A DNA stretch of 64,000 nucleotides from Alphaproteobacteria bacterium (GTDB lineage: Bacteria; Pseudomonadota; Alphaproteobacteria; Caedimonadales; UBA1908): the NCBI GenBank assembly GCA_013911655.1, contig JACESU010000001.1, positions 256,063 through 320,062 of the forward strand, written 5' to 3'. The position numbers and the translations under genes are program-made. The notes beneath the pieces were generated by a model. That model saw only the letters and a program-made list of their open reading frames with translations, made no database searches and had not been told where the DNA came from. The first letter of the stretch is position 1, and every line of letters starts with the position of its first letter. Shown piece by piece: positions 27,976 to 38,378 of the stretch.

Positions 27976-30162
27976 ATGACCAGGTTTTTTAAAAGAACGT
28001 TGATTGTTAGCAGCCAGGTAGCACTGTTGACCTGCCTTTGGAGTGGCGCAGGTATTGCGACGGCGCCCTTTCAAGAAGAGGAAAGAACACAAAACCCAAG
28101 CCTTCACGCTACCGCGAAGGACAAGGCGTACTGTGCTGTTATGGGATACCTTGCGCCAGAAAATAACGCGTTAAGCGAACAAGAAAAAACATGGATCCGC
28201 GGGATTTATGGTGACGAGCTTTCCTGTTGTGAAAACATGGGGATGGGCGTGTTGACCTTTATTCAAAACTGTGTGGGCCTCAAAAATGAATGCCCAAAAC
28301 AGTTTGACGATATAAAAAAATTTGATCGCCGCCTTTCAGATTATCACTTGGATCCAAAGCGTCGACGTCATTTGCTGACCTACGCCGCCACTATGGACCT
28401 GCCAGAAAAGTTTAGTGTGCCATCTAAACTCTTAAAGGCGCCCCTTGAAGGCGTTGAAGCCCTTGGCCAAAATTGGGCTCTTTTGCAAAAGACATTTCGG
28501 CATATGTTTTGGGCAGCAGATGATAATGCAGAATTTTTTATGAATCTTCAACCCGAGCAAACCCGTGCCATCGCCGAGCACTGGGAGGTCCTTGCAGGAA
28601 AACTAATTGCAGGCGAAGATGTCCGCGAGATGCGAAATTATCTGGGCGCAGTGCCGGCCGAGAAAATCGATCGTTTGGCTGAGATTGCCACAAAGGTAGA
28701 AGGACTGTCGCCCCTGGTTCGTTTTCCCTACAACCATACATGTAAGGCGCTTGTAGAGTTAGACGTACCAGAGCTTAGCCGTTTAGCGCGTCATGCCAAA
28801 GATCTTTTGGTAAAAGAAGGCTATTATTATCAGGGGCGGTGGATCGGCCCTGACCGCAATCCAGACCTGCCTCGTGACATGCAGCGTTATGCTAGTTTTG
28901 AGATGCAGCTTTTTTGTCTGGACGCTCAAAAAGACTGGCCAAGGGTGATGCCCCATCTCAGCGCTGTGGAAAAGGCGCTTGGTTTATGTCCATCCAATCG
29001 TTGCCTTTTTGTGGGAGAGCTTGCCAGTCTTGATCCCCCAGTCCTTGCGCGACTTGTGGCAGCTCTGCCTGGAATAGAAGCCGTGTTGGGGACCTTAAAA
29101 ATACATGCGCCCAAAGATCACACCTCAACGGAATATCATACCTGGCAAGACCTCTCTAAGCGGTCAGAAAAAGCCTTGTCGTTTGCGGTGTTTTTAACTT
29201 TCTTTGATCCTGCTGCCCTGGCAAAAGACCCTAGGGAAGCGCAAAAAATTCTTTCCTTATTTGGGCATGCTTCACAAGTGACACCTTTATTGTCAGCGCT
29301 TTCTTTCAAGCAAAGACAAGCTTTTCAAGAGGCAAACGGCTTCGTGTCGTGTGTGCGAACAGATTATGACGCTGTGAAAACTTATGAAGGAGTGCTCAAG
29401 CGTCTAGAAACCTTTACGCCACAAGGCATCAAGGACCTGCATCATGTGATGCAAACCCTTATTGGTGTGAGAGAAGCGGTAGAAACGCCAGGCAGCGCCT
29501 TCGAACAAACCTCTCTCGAGACGACGGAGCGCGCATTCATCTGGGAAATGGAGGCGCTTTCCCATCTGAGGCCAAGCGTGTTGAGCACCCTGACGCAGTT
29601 TCCAGCACCGCTTTTATACTTTTTTGAGGGACAAAAACCAATACATATGGCGCGGTTGTTGAATGGTCTAGCACCATTACGTTTTGAAGGATTGGCCAGG
29701 CACTTTGAGGTCTTTTATGAAGTCTGCGATCAAGTGGCAAAACGCAAAGATGTACTAACGCGGGAAGGCGTTATGACAGAGTTTCTTGGGAACTCGTTTT
29801 GTGCCCTTGAGGTGTCCGTCCTTGACGATCTTGGGTGCCGCCTTAAAAAGCAAAAAGAGACGCTGCCTTTGTCCTATGTGAATGATCTCCTGATTCAAGA
29901 AATAGACTGCTTTTTTGAAAACGCGTACCACGCACAAGCCTTTGATCAGGAAGCGTGGCAGGCTTTGATTACCGGCACGCAAAAAGAAAAAGGAGTGCTG
30001 GTGGATCCCCTCATCAGGCGTTTATTCCTGCAGCTATGGCAAGATAATGGCGAACTCGTCGGTATGCCAAAGATGCGCTTCTTGGGCGCTGAAGAGAAAA
30101 AACAGACACCTCCTCAAACTAAGAAATTACTTAAGAAACGGGGCGACGTGACGGGCCTGTAA
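27976..30162 (+). CDS. hypothetical secreted protein (728 aa)
   Basis: AGGAGA SD 6 nt upstream. Signal-like N-terminus (LIVSSQVALLTCLWSGAGIATA). I recognise no domain. Confidence 0.5.
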   Translation: MTRFFKRTLIVSSQVALLTCLWSGAGIATAPFQEEERTQNPSLHATAKDKAYCAVMGYLAPENNALSEQEKTWIRGIYGDELSCCENMGMGVLTFIQNCVGLKNECPKQFDDIKKFDRRLSDYHLDPKRRRHLLTYAATMDLPEKFSVPSKLLKAPLEGVEALGQNWALLQKTFRHMFWAADDNAEFFMNLQPEQTRAIAEHWEVLAGKLIAGEDVREMRNYLGAVPAEKIDRLAEIATKVEGLSPLVRFPYNHTCKALVELDVPELSRLARHAKDLLVKEGYYYQGRWIGPDRNPDLPRDMQRYASFEMQLFCLDAQKDWPRVMPHLSAVEKALGLCPSNRCLFVGELASLDPPVLARLVAALPGIEAVLGTLKIHAPKDHTSTEYHTWQDLSKRSEKALSFAVFLTFFDPAALAKDPREAQKILSLFGHASQVTPLLSALSFKQRQAFQEANGFVSCVRTDYDAVKTYEGVLKRLETFTPQGIKDLHHVMQTLIGVREAVETPGSAFEQTSLETTERAFIWEMEALSHLRPSVLSTLTQFPAPLLYFFEGQKPIHMARLLNGLAPLRFEGLARHFEVFYEVCDQVAKRKDVLTREGVMTEFLGNSFCALEVSVLDDLGCRLKKQKETLPLSYVNDLLIQEIDCFFENAYHAQAFDQEAWQALITGTQKEKGVLVDPLIRRLFLQLWQDNGELVGMPKMRFLGAEEKKQTPPQTKKLLKKRGDVTGL

Positions 30163-30230
30163 GGCGCCTACGTGCCCTTGAGTAACAGGGAGGCACAGAT
30201 AATGGTTCTAACGAAAGGAGAAATAATATC

Positions 30231-30539
30231 TTGAAGAAAAGTCTGTTACTGACAGTTGTTCTAGCATCGTCCTGCTTTGCAGGAGGCGACCAGTTTACAC
30301 CCATCGACGGTGAAGATTTTGAGGTCACAAGACAGCAAAACGAGGTTGCTCTGTACTTTGCCAAGGATCCCGAGGGTTTAAAAGCGCAACTTGAAACCTA
30401 TAAAGACAAAGGGGATGCACATCAGTTTCTTTATGTGATTTCAAAACGGTTGATTGACCAAGAAAGGTATCAAGACGCCCTTGGTATTGCCCTACAAGTG
30501 CACAGAGAATACCTGACGCCAGAGATGCAGGATAATTGA
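30231..30539 (+). CDS. small hypothetical exported protein (102 aa)
   Basis: TTG start. Signal-like MKKSLLLTVVLASSCFAGG. Confidence 0.4.
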   Translation: MKKSLLLTVVLASSCFAGGDQFTPIDGEDFEVTRQQNEVALYFAKDPEGLKAQLETYKDKGDAHQFLYVISKRLIDQERYQDALGIALQVHREYLTPEMQDN

Positions 30540-30564
30540 TTTTAATAGGGTCACTCTTTATACG

Positions 30565-31011
30565 TTGGGATACCGGGTGCTTACAGGGATCACGCCCGCC
30601 GGGTCCCTTCAAGAAGCGTGGCGCCTTTTGAAGACCAAGAAGACAAGCCTTGTTGAGAATTTTCTTGCCCTTGGCGCTAAAAACCTAAGCCTTGAAGAAC
30701 AAAAGAACCCAAGTCCTGATACCATTGAAAAGCGTGGCCAAGCGCTTCTGGGTTATATGAAAGATATGGACGCTCTTGTAGAGGGCAACACAGACCCTTG
30801 GGTGATGGCAACAGTCCTTTACTTTAAAACGCTTTTAATAGAAGCCTCAGATGCGGCCTATCAACCTCTTTTGCTCGAAATCTTTAGAGATATCCTTAGT
30901 CATCCAAACACGAATGAGAATCTCTATATCCCTTTCTTTGCGCGCAAAACTATTTTGGCAAGCACGCACAGTATAAAAGAGCCATGCGTCAGACCAGTAA
31001 AATCCGTGTGA
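30565..31011 (+). CDS. hypothetical protein (148 aa; start uncertain)
   Basis: TTG-start ORF with no clear SD. It overlaps the next ORF by 28 nt in another frame. Confidence 0.3.
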   Translation: MGYRVLTGITPAGSLQEAWRLLKTKKTSLVENFLALGAKNLSLEEQKNPSPDTIEKRGQALLGYMKDMDALVEGNTDPWVMATVLYFKTLLIEASDAAYQPLLLEIFRDILSHPNTNENLYIPFFARKTILASTHSIKEPCVRPVKSV

Positions 31012-31895
31012 GTGGTAAAAGTCTCTCAAAAGAAGGTCATACTCTTTGGGGGGAGATTCAAAAGGCGCAACATAAATTCTCAAAAGAGAAAACCGTGTTT
31101 CCCGTCCGCATGCAAGTGCGCGCTGCTCTTTTTTGTTTAACGGAGTTGAACGCCCTGATCCAAGAAGATGCAAGTATCAGAAACGCCCTTAAACGTCACG
31201 GCGAGACGGCACAAAAAGAAGCGGCCTTTATACTGATCACGCGCTTCAAATCAAGACTTTTTCCCGAAAGCGATATGGATATGAAAGAGTGGTTAGGGGC
31301 AACCGATCACGTGCATTTGTCGGCGGTCCTGATCAAGAACGTTTTTCCTAAACTGGACCAAAGTGCTTTCTTGGTGCCGGATATTCAGAAGATTTTGGAA
31401 GAAAATCCTGACATCAGAGCCCTCTTTGAAAAAGGGACACCAGCAGATCTTATACGGTGCGCGCGTATGCTGATTAACCATCATAAGCAGGTTCTTTTTC
31501 AGGGGACAGATAGAGACAACGTGGGTCTAGAGGCGCTTTTGGTCGAGACGCTTCTACCCAAAGTGACCTTGGCCCCACGCCCCCTTTTAAATGACGAGAG
31601 TGCTGCGCGCGTGAAAACCCTTATCTATAACAGGCTCGGGATTCTTTTGCGCGAACAAGCCAAAGGTGTTGCTGATTTTCAAAAAAAAATCCCTGACTTT
31701 GATTTGGATAATGACGCGCATTTGGCCCTACTTTCTGGAAAAATCTTCACGTCTTTTGAGAAAGATCTTTTTGAACTTTTGAAAGAAAACAACGTGCTGA
31801 ATGCTCAAATTAAAGCCTTTGATACGCGCAAACGTCAAGAGATGGTTGAGGCGTGCCTCAAAGCTATGTTAATGGATTTGGATGACGATATTTAA
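30984..31895 (+). CDS. hypothetical protein (303 aa)
   Basis: ATG-start ORF, helical-looking, no family recognised. Confidence 0.4.
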   Translation: MRQTSKIRVSGKSLSKEGHTLWGEIQKAQHKFSKEKTVFPVRMQVRAALFCLTELNALIQEDASIRNALKRHGETAQKEAAFILITRFKSRLFPESDMDMKEWLGATDHVHLSAVLIKNVFPKLDQSAFLVPDIQKILEENPDIRALFEKGTPADLIRCARMLINHHKQVLFQGTDRDNVGLEALLVETLLPKVTLAPRPLLNDESAARVKTLIYNRLGILLREQAKGVADFQKKIPDFDLDNDAHLALLSGKIFTSFEKDLFELLKENNVLNAQIKAFDTRKRQEMVEACLKAMLMDLDDDI

Positions 31896-31900
31896 AGTAA

Positions 31901-31936
31901 AGGCTGCAGAGCTGTCATCTAATAGCTCTGCAGCCT
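31901..31936 (+). terminator. strong hairpin after 30984..31895
   Basis: Perfect 13-bp stem aggctgcagagct / agctctgcagcct with a 10-nt loop. There is no clear U-tract. Confidence 0.45.
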
Positions 31937-32140
31937 ACTGTCTGGATTAAGAAAAATACAAAGAGAAATTAAATTGTTGGATTTAAGAAGAAAAAAAAGG
32001 AATCTCTTGCTTTTGAAGCAAATGTCGAGATCGCGAATGAAGCCAATAAAAGAGCACTGCTGGCGGTTGGTCTTTCATGGGAAAAATTCAAAATACGCTT
32101 AGACGGCACCGCTGAGAGCATTCATGTTCTTGAAAAGCTA

Positions 32141-32449
32141 TTGTCTGATGTTGAAGTACTTTTTCAAAAGGGCAGTATTCCACAAGAGCGCCAAGACACG
32201 TATGCCTCTATTTATGGATGCTATTTAGGTGACGTTTACCGAGTGCAGCACGGCGCAACTTGGGGAATTCTTACGTGGAAAGGAGATACGTGTTGGGGCT
32301 TGGAAACAACAAATAAAGCTATTACTTTTTGGCCAGAGCTCAGGGTGCTTAAGAGGCTAACGGAAGGTGATTCTGAGAATGTATGGCACTATTATCAGGC
32401 TCTTTTAGCTCAGGACGGCCATCCTTGTGATCACTTATCTCGTGAGTAG
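32141..32449 (+). CDS. hypothetical protein, possibly 5'-truncated
   Basis: TTG start. The reading frame stays open upstream to 31973 with no canonical start, and an A8 tract lies at 31991-31998. Confidence 0.3.
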   Translation: MSDVEVLFQKGSIPQERQDTYASIYGCYLGDVYRVQHGATWGILTWKGDTCWGLETTNKAITFWPELRVLKRLTEGDSENVWHYYQALLAQDGHPCDHLSRE

Positions 32450-32468
32450 GAGTGCAGAGTCCTTGCGC

Positions 32469-33776
32469 TTAAGAGATCTGTAAAAGACCCCAAAAATCGT
32501 TCGTGGCTTTTCGCTTGAAAAGGTATAACGCAGAAGTTTCGCTGTAATCCCACAGACCGTAGTCCGCCACTTGCAAGATAAACTCGGAATCATCGGTGCG
32601 TTCATCGTCTTGTATCCAGCGCGGCCATCCAAGGAGTCTGTATTCATAGGGGATCGGTCTGTAAAAGGATTGATGCTGAAATTCTGGGCGCCATTCATAA
32701 ACGGGGGCGCCGTCGTTCACATAAGGAGACGAAAATTTTTGTAGGAAATCATAAGGGGTCGAGGTTTCAAGCCCGCCGGGATAGTCATCAAAAGCCCTGA
32801 ATGATAAGGGCGCGGTACTGTTGTTTAGGCCTTCTGGCGCTATAAGAGGGACTAACGCGTCGTTGGTATAGGTACGGATAACAAGGCCGCCCTCCTCATC
32901 AAAAACAGGTCCCAGATCATTGGGGTGAATAAAAACACAGAGATGGGTGATCCCTTGAAGGGGTTCTGGGATGAAAGGTAGGTCCTTGACGCGCAGCTGC
33001 AAAACGGGATTTAAAGGGACGCCTTTGTGCCTAGGCCACGTTTCTTCCGGTGTGCCCAAGGTGACGCCGCCAAGCAGACTTTTTGTGGCAGCGTTGTCAG
33101 ATGTAGGTTGCTCCGCAAGAGTCACGGCAAAGGTGGGTCGGCCATAAGTGCCCACAAGCGATTTGACCGACGGCAGGATCTTGGGTTTATAGGCAAGGTT
33201 TCCTTGAAAAAGCCATGTCAGGCACTGAAAAGCGTCCATTTCAGGACGCGGGTCTTCTAAAAAGCGCGCAAGTAGTTTTTGTTGAAGCGGCGTCGGGGCG
33301 CTTGCAAAAAGAAAGGCGGGCTCTAGGTCATGATGGGTCCACATCAGATCCAGAAGAAGGCTGAGATCTGCGTTATTAAAAAGAAGCAAACAAGTCGCAA
33401 TTTTTTTGGCCTCCGTTTGACGATTCGCCCGATAAAGGCTGACCGCGTGATTTAAGAGCGCTGCGGTTTCATCCGTTCGAAGCGCCTTATAGCACGCGGA
33501 GATTTCTCCATCATAAGGGAGGTAAACCATAAGAGGATCGAGAGGGCGCTGTTCATGAAAGACCTTAATGATCTCTAAGGAAGTCGTGAGATTTTCAAAA
33601 ATATTGATATATTTTCGATGGGCCCGGATATGGGCTTCTCGTTCTTCACGCGCCCGCCGATTAAAACATGGCATACAATATCCCCCAGTGTCTTCGGCGG
33701 TTGCGGGCAAGATGGATCCTTGGCAGGTAGGCGTCAAACACGCGAGGCGTACGGTCATAGAATGTGGTCTTTTCAA
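32469..33776 (-). CDS. DUF1963 (YwqG-like) domain protein with Cys-rich N-terminus
   Basis: LLGGVTLGTPEETWPRHKGVPLNPVLQLRVKDLP... and the C-terminal LLGWPRWIQDDE...ILQVADYGLWDYSETSALYLF resemble the YwqG/DUF1963 pattern. The N-terminus has CxxxxC...CxxC. Confidence 0.5.
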   Translation of the reverse strand: MKRPHSMTVRLACLTPTCQGSILPATAEDTGGYCMPCFNRRAREEREAHIRAHRKYINIFENLTTSLEIIKVFHEQRPLDPLMVYLPYDGEISACYKALRTDETAALLNHAVSLYRANRQTEAKKIATCLLLFNNADLSLLLDLMWTHHDLEPAFLFASAPTPLQQKLLARFLEDPRPEMDAFQCLTWLFQGNLAYKPKILPSVKSLVGTYGRPTFAVTLAEQPTSDNAATKSLLGGVTLGTPEETWPRHKGVPLNPVLQLRVKDLPFIPEPLQGITHLCVFIHPNDLGPVFDEEGGLVIRTYTNDALVPLIAPEGLNNSTAPLSFRAFDDYPGGLETSTPYDFLQKFSSPYVNDGAPVYEWRPEFQHQSFYRPIPYEYRLLGWPRWIQDDERTDDSEFILQVADYGLWDYSETSALYLFKRKATNDFWGLLQIS

Positions 33777-33816
33777 AAAGAGATTGCTTGGAGTGTGAGA
33801 TTTATTAAAGGAAACT

Positions 33817-33893
<77 letters not shown>

Positions 33894-33973
33894 TCATTGA
33901 AGTAAGCTCTTTATAAGGGGCTTTCCTTAGAAAAGCAAGGGAAACTTTTAAGAAAGATTAAAAAGAGGTTCTT

Positions 33974-34417
33974 TTACGGCGCAGACGAGGATTGGCGCCG
34001 TTTTTGGCCATGTTTATAGGCTTGTCTATCATCAAGAAGCTCTTGCTCTTTTTTGTCGAGCGCGATTTTTTCTTTTTCTGCGATGGAGTCGAGATATTTC
34101 TCTAAAGAGCGCACTTGTGCGTAGGCTTCTCGCAGGCGGTCTTGCTCTTGAGAGAGTTGTCGCTCGAGTTCTGCTAAAAGTCTTTTTATTTGGGTACGTT
34201 TTTGGTCCACTAGATTTGCAAAGTGAAGATACGCCCAACTGGAAAGGGGGGCTTCGTCAAGGGCAATGCGTTCTTTTTCAAGGCTCGTGGTCCATTTATG
34301 ATCCTCGTTTTCAAGAGCGCCAATGCGGTGCTGAAGACGCCCTACGACTTCTTTTTTCATCTCGAGGTCATGCTTTTGGATGCCAAGAAGCTGGGAAAGA
34401 GCTTTTGAAGTGCTCAT
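33974..34417 (-). CDS. fliJ: flagellar export chaperone FliJ-like coiled-coil protein
   Basis: 147-aa charged coiled-coil ORF whose start overlaps the fliI stop by 4 nt. This is the canonical fliI-fliJ arrangement. Confidence 0.65.
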   Translation of the reverse strand: MSTSKALSQLLGIQKHDLEMKKEVVGRLQHRIGALENEDHKWTTSLEKERIALDEAPLSSWAYLHFANLVDQKRTQIKRLLAELERQLSQEQDRLREAYAQVRSLEKYLDSIAEKEKIALDKKEQELLDDRQAYKHGQKRRQSSSAP

Positions 34418-35736
34418 GTTTTACCGTCAAATATCTGATGAAGGGCCAAGAATGCGTCATCCATGGAGGTGTGTTCGTGGAGTTTTTGGCTTAAGAATGC
34501 TTCGAGGGGAGGGTTCAAGCGAATGGCTTCATCAACTTCTGGGGACGCCCCGCGCTTATAGGCGCCCAGGCGAATCAGATCGGCCATGTCATCATAAGTG
34601 CTAAGGGAGGCGCGTGCCTTGATCACAAGTTCTTGCTCGTCAGGGCTATGGCAGGCCGGTACCATACGCGACACACTGTGAGGGACATGAATGGCAGGAA
34701 ACCGTCCGCGTTGGGCGATGGTACGATCAAGGATAATATGGCCGTCGAGGATGCCGCGAACGGCGTCAGAAATGGGTTCGTTATGATCATCTCCTTCAAC
34801 AAGAATCGTGAAAAGGCCGGTCACAGAGCCAGGGTGCCCTTCAAGGCCGGGTCCAGCACGCTCAAGGAGTTTTGGAAGCTCGGCAAAAACGCTGGGGGTA
34901 TAACCTTTACTGGCGGGAGGCTCACCGGCGGCAAGGCCTATTTCCCGAAGCGCCATGGCAAAGCGCGTGACGCTGTCCATGAGGCACATGACCTCGGCGC
35001 CTTGGTCTCGAAAGTAATCGGCGATGGTCATGGTCATATAGGCCGCTTCGCGTCTGGTGGGGGCGGATTCATCGGAGGTCGCGACGACCAAGACGCATTT
35101 CTTCATGCCCTCAGGGCCTAGCTGCTCGTCAATGAAGTCACGAACCTCCCGCCCGCGCTCGCCAATAAGGCCAATGACAATGACATCTGCCGTAGCATAA
35201 CGCGCGATCTGTGCAAGAAGAGAAGATTTTCCCACGCCTGATCCCGCAAAGATCCCCATGCGCTGTCCTTTACAGCAGGTGAGGAATGTATCCACGGCGC
35301 GTACCCCGACAGATAAGCGTTCTTTCACGCCAGCGCGTCTATGGGCTGGCAGGGGCGGGGTCCTGGTGGCGTACACATCGTTCCCCCAAACAAGGGCGCC
35401 TTTGCCGTCCAAAGGTTCACCGTGCGCGTTAATGACGCGTCCCTGCCAACTGGTGTGCGGATAGATTGCAGGGTGATGAGAAACAAAAGAAACGCGGCAC
35501 TTAGGACCAATACCGTCTTGAAAGTGATAGGGCATCAACAAGGCGGTCTCACCCCTAAAGCCCACAACTTCGGCCAGAAGCGGCTTGCCCACGTGGGGGG
35601 TGATTCCAAAAAGGGCGCCCATAATAGCGAGTTCTTCAAGACCTTTGACTTCCACAAGGGGGCCCACAAGGGCACTGACCCTGCCAAAAGAGCGACCCGT
35701 TGGAACGCGACTCATTTGGGTCAGAATATGCTGCAC
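34414..35736 (-). CDS. fliI: flagellum-specific ATPase FliI
   Basis: Walker A GSGVGKSSLL, GLIGERGREVRDF, Walker B VLVVATSDE, and 440 aa with F1/T3SS ATPase architecture. Confidence 0.9.
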   Translation of the reverse strand: MQHILTQMSRVPTGRSFGRVSALVGPLVEVKGLEELAIMGALFGITPHVGKPLLAEVVGFRGETALLMPYHFQDGIGPKCRVSFVSHHPAIYPHTSWQGRVINAHGEPLDGKGALVWGNDVYATRTPPLPAHRRAGVKERLSVGVRAVDTFLTCCKGQRMGIFAGSGVGKSSLLAQIARYATADVIVIGLIGERGREVRDFIDEQLGPEGMKKCVLVVATSDESAPTRREAAYMTMTIADYFRDQGAEVMCLMDSVTRFAMALREIGLAAGEPPASKGYTPSVFAELPKLLERAGPGLEGHPGSVTGLFTILVEGDDHNEPISDAVRGILDGHIILDRTIAQRGRFPAIHVPHSVSRMVPACHSPDEQELVIKARASLSTYDDMADLIRLGAYKRGASPEVDEAIRLNPPLEAFLSQKLHEHTSMDDAFLALHQIFDGKT

Positions 35737-35786
35737 GCTTTGGCGCTCCCTGTGCTTTATTTTATTCCTTCAGGGTAGCGCAGACT

Positions 35787-36770
35787 TTAAGCGGACGCGA
35801 GTGCTTCTTTTTGGAGAGGTGTATTTTTCTTGTAGCGTCTTTTGTCTTGCTCTTCTTCATAGCAGATGGCGACGGTGCCAAGGAACACAATGGCCGTGCC
35901 GAGCCAAAAGTCACCGGTCTTTGGGAGTTCGCCAAAAGCTGCAAAGGCGATCGCCGCACTAAACAGAAGCCGTGAAAATCCAAAGGGTGTTAAAAAGACA
36001 ATCTCGGCGCACGCGTAGGATTGGGCCATGGCATAGTGGGCAAGGCTTGCAAGGACGCCAAGCGCTAACAGCCAAAGCCACTGTACACCTTCGGGGGTTA
36101 CCCAATGGAACGAGGCAGGAATCAGGCACACGGGCGCCATAAAGACAAGAAGGTAAACGGTCAAAAGGCTTGCGCTATCGCCAAGATTGGTGAGCTCTCG
36201 CCCGACAATTTTACATACGGCAAAGCAGGCGGCTGACCCAAGGGGAAGCAAAAAAGCCCAGAACGTGACACTTTGCGCGCCGCCATCTTTCATGAAATCA
36301 AGATCGGGGCGCGTGATAAGAAAGGCCCCCAGCATGCCAAGGGTAATCCCAAAAGTGCGCAAAAGCCCCATGCGTTCTTTAAGGTAAATGGCAGCGCCGA
36401 TGACGGTAAAGACGGGCCCCATGAAACCAAGGGCCACGGCCTTGGCCGTTGGCATAACGGAAAAGGCAATGTAAAGCAGCACCATGCCGGCTCCCCCCAT
36501 AAGCACGCGGATACCGTGGAGGGCAATGTGTTTGCTTTTAAGGGACGCAAGAGAATGTTTGCCTAAAAGGAAAGGTAGCATCAAGCAAAAACCAATGGCA
36601 TTTTGAATGCCGGCAATTTCCATGGCGGGAAGAGGGGTCTCTGTACCGCCAGCACCGCCTGTGAGATAGCGCACAATGACGTTAAGTCCCGCAAAGCACG
36701 CACACGCAAGGGTTTTCCATAGGATGCCTTGGAGATTGCGTGTAGGAGGAGTGGTCGGTGTTGTCGTCAT
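35787..36770 (-). CDS. DMT (EamA-type) transporter
   Basis: About 10 TM segments in a 5+5 arrangement, typical of EamA-family permeases. Confidence 0.7.
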   Translation of the reverse strand: MTTTPTTPPTRNLQGILWKTLACACFAGLNVIVRYLTGGAGGTETPLPAMEIAGIQNAIGFCLMLPFLLGKHSLASLKSKHIALHGIRVLMGGAGMVLLYIAFSVMPTAKAVALGFMGPVFTVIGAAIYLKERMGLLRTFGITLGMLGAFLITRPDLDFMKDGGAQSVTFWAFLLPLGSAACFAVCKIVGRELTNLGDSASLLTVYLLVFMAPVCLIPASFHWVTPEGVQWLWLLALGVLASLAHYAMAQSYACAEIVFLTPFGFSRLLFSAAIAFAAFGELPKTGDFWLGTAIVFLGTVAICYEEEQDKRRYKKNTPLQKEALASA

Positions 36771-36847
36771 GGCAAGACCTCAAGGGAAAAACTCTTCTTT
36801 GATATAGGAGCTTTTCCCTTGAATCTCAAGTAAAAGATGAAAATCTC

Positions 36848-38044
36848 TTACTTTATCATATTAAAGAGTTCACACACCATAATCATGACACCAACAAGGG
36901 CACACACGCCAATCAAAGGGGTGCGGCGTAAGACCGGATAAAACCATGTGTTAAAACGTCCCTGACGCAAAAGGTATGCGGGCATCAAGATCGCAATAAC
37001 CGCAAGGACCATTCCGGCAAACCCCAGCATCCCAAGAAAGATGTTGGGAATAAAGACGACCATCAAATATGCCGGCAGAAGGGTGAAGGTTACTGCCAAA
37101 AGTTGCCGGATAAAAGGCGAGGAGATGGACTTTGTCATCATTTCTTGAAGCGATTCACAAAGACCCACACCAACTCCTAAAACAGAGGTGACGATGGCCA
37201 AAAGTGAAATCCACCACACAAGGATCTGGACGGCAGGCCACTGAGCAAGGTGGCTGAGTTCTTTGACGAGATCTCCCACATCGACTTTGCCCAAGGCCAT
37301 CTGCGTGTAAAAGTTTGGGACTTTGTGATAAATGACCCCCATGACGCTGCACGTCCACACGATGTAGACAAGGGCAGGAATAAGGCTTCCCCAAAAGAAC
37401 GCGCTTTTGAGCATACGGGCGTCTTTGTTGCAGTAGTTGGTCAGGGTATGAAAAATCACTTGAAATCCGAAAGACGTAAACACCACAGGGACCAGCACAC
37501 GCCATGAGGCAAGGTGTTCCACATGGGGCCCAAAAAGCGGCAGGTTTTCCCACGACATCATGGACACAAGACCGCCCACTAAGACCGTGACAACAGCGAG
37601 AAGCGCAATGAAGAGAACCCTGTTCACATAGTCGATCACCTTAATAGGGAGCATCAGCACAAAGCCGGCCCCTAAAGCGTAGCAAGACACAAGGGTGGTG
37701 GTAGAGCCTTTTTGAGTTAGAAGTTTTTGAAGAACGCTCGCTCCCGCATACAAAAAGACCGCCAAGAGCGCGTAGGACAAGAACTTCAAAAGAAGGACGC
37801 CCAACGCCTCAGCGCCTCTGCCCGAAAAGCGTTTGCCAAGCTCTCCAAGACTAAGGCCCCGTCCTGCCTGCAGGTTAAGTTCAAGGCTAAAAAGAGAGGT
37901 AAAGTACATGACGCCCCAAATAAAGAGCATAAACAGGATGCTTGGAATAAGTCCTACGGCTGCTAGCACCATGGGAAGGGCGATCATGCCGCTCCCGATA
38001 CATGTTCCTGCGATCAAAAGGATCGCACCTGTTTTTTTATTCAT
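36848..38044 (-). CDS. aromatic amino acid permease (HAAAP family, TyrP/Mtr-like)
   Basis: The N-terminus GAILLIAGTCIGSGMIALPMVLAAVG matches the HAAAP signature. About 11 TM segments, 398 aa. Confidence 0.8.
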   Translation of the reverse strand: MNKKTGAILLIAGTCIGSGMIALPMVLAAVGLIPSILFMLFIWGVMYFTSLFSLELNLQAGRGLSLGELGKRFSGRGAEALGVLLLKFLSYALLAVFLYAGASVLQKLLTQKGSTTTLVSCYALGAGFVLMLPIKVIDYVNRVLFIALLAVVTVLVGGLVSMMSWENLPLFGPHVEHLASWRVLVPVVFTSFGFQVIFHTLTNYCNKDARMLKSAFFWGSLIPALVYIVWTCSVMGVIYHKVPNFYTQMALGKVDVGDLVKELSHLAQWPAVQILVWWISLLAIVTSVLGVGVGLCESLQEMMTKSISSPFIRQLLAVTFTLLPAYLMVVFIPNIFLGMLGFAGMVLAVIAILMPAYLLRQGRFNTWFYPVLRRTPLIGVCALVGVMIMVCELFNMIK

Positions 38045-38240
38045 GTTCCTTTCCTCTATTATTAGGTTAAAAGCCTTTTACTCTATAGGGCTTCATCATA
38101 AATTGCCAAGGAAATGTGAGGGGGGGAATGGGTCCTTTTTTGACAAAAGACGCCCCATAAACATCATGGGGTAAACCCGCTCGTCAAGGCTCAAGACAAA
38201 AGCTTGATTTTTTAGAGGCGAGTATGAGATACTCCGCCCT

Positions 38241-38339
38241 GGGAAGGTCAGGCCTGGGGTGGACCTCACATGAACTCGGTCAGGTCCGGAAGGAAGCAGC
38301 CGTAATGTATCTTGGTACAGGTCTGGGTCTGGCCTTCTC
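38241..38339 (+). ncRNA. ffs: signal recognition particle RNA (4.5S-type)
   Basis: Contains the invariant domain IV sequence GGTCAGGTCCGGAAGGAAGCAGCC. The 5' GGGAAGGTCAGGCC pairs with the 3' GGTCTGGCCTTCTC (with G-U pairs) to close the helix. Confidence 0.8.
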
Positions 38340-38378
38340 AGTTTCTTTATTCTTCTGATAAAGTCCAGACCGACTTGG

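Noticed and set aside
38140-38240. Promoter for the SRP RNA (TTGACA at about 38140; TTGATT/TATGAG at about 38203-38228)
   Set aside because: The spacings do not fit. The first lacks a credible -10 at 17 nt, and the second has a 13-15 nt spacer. I left it unannotated.
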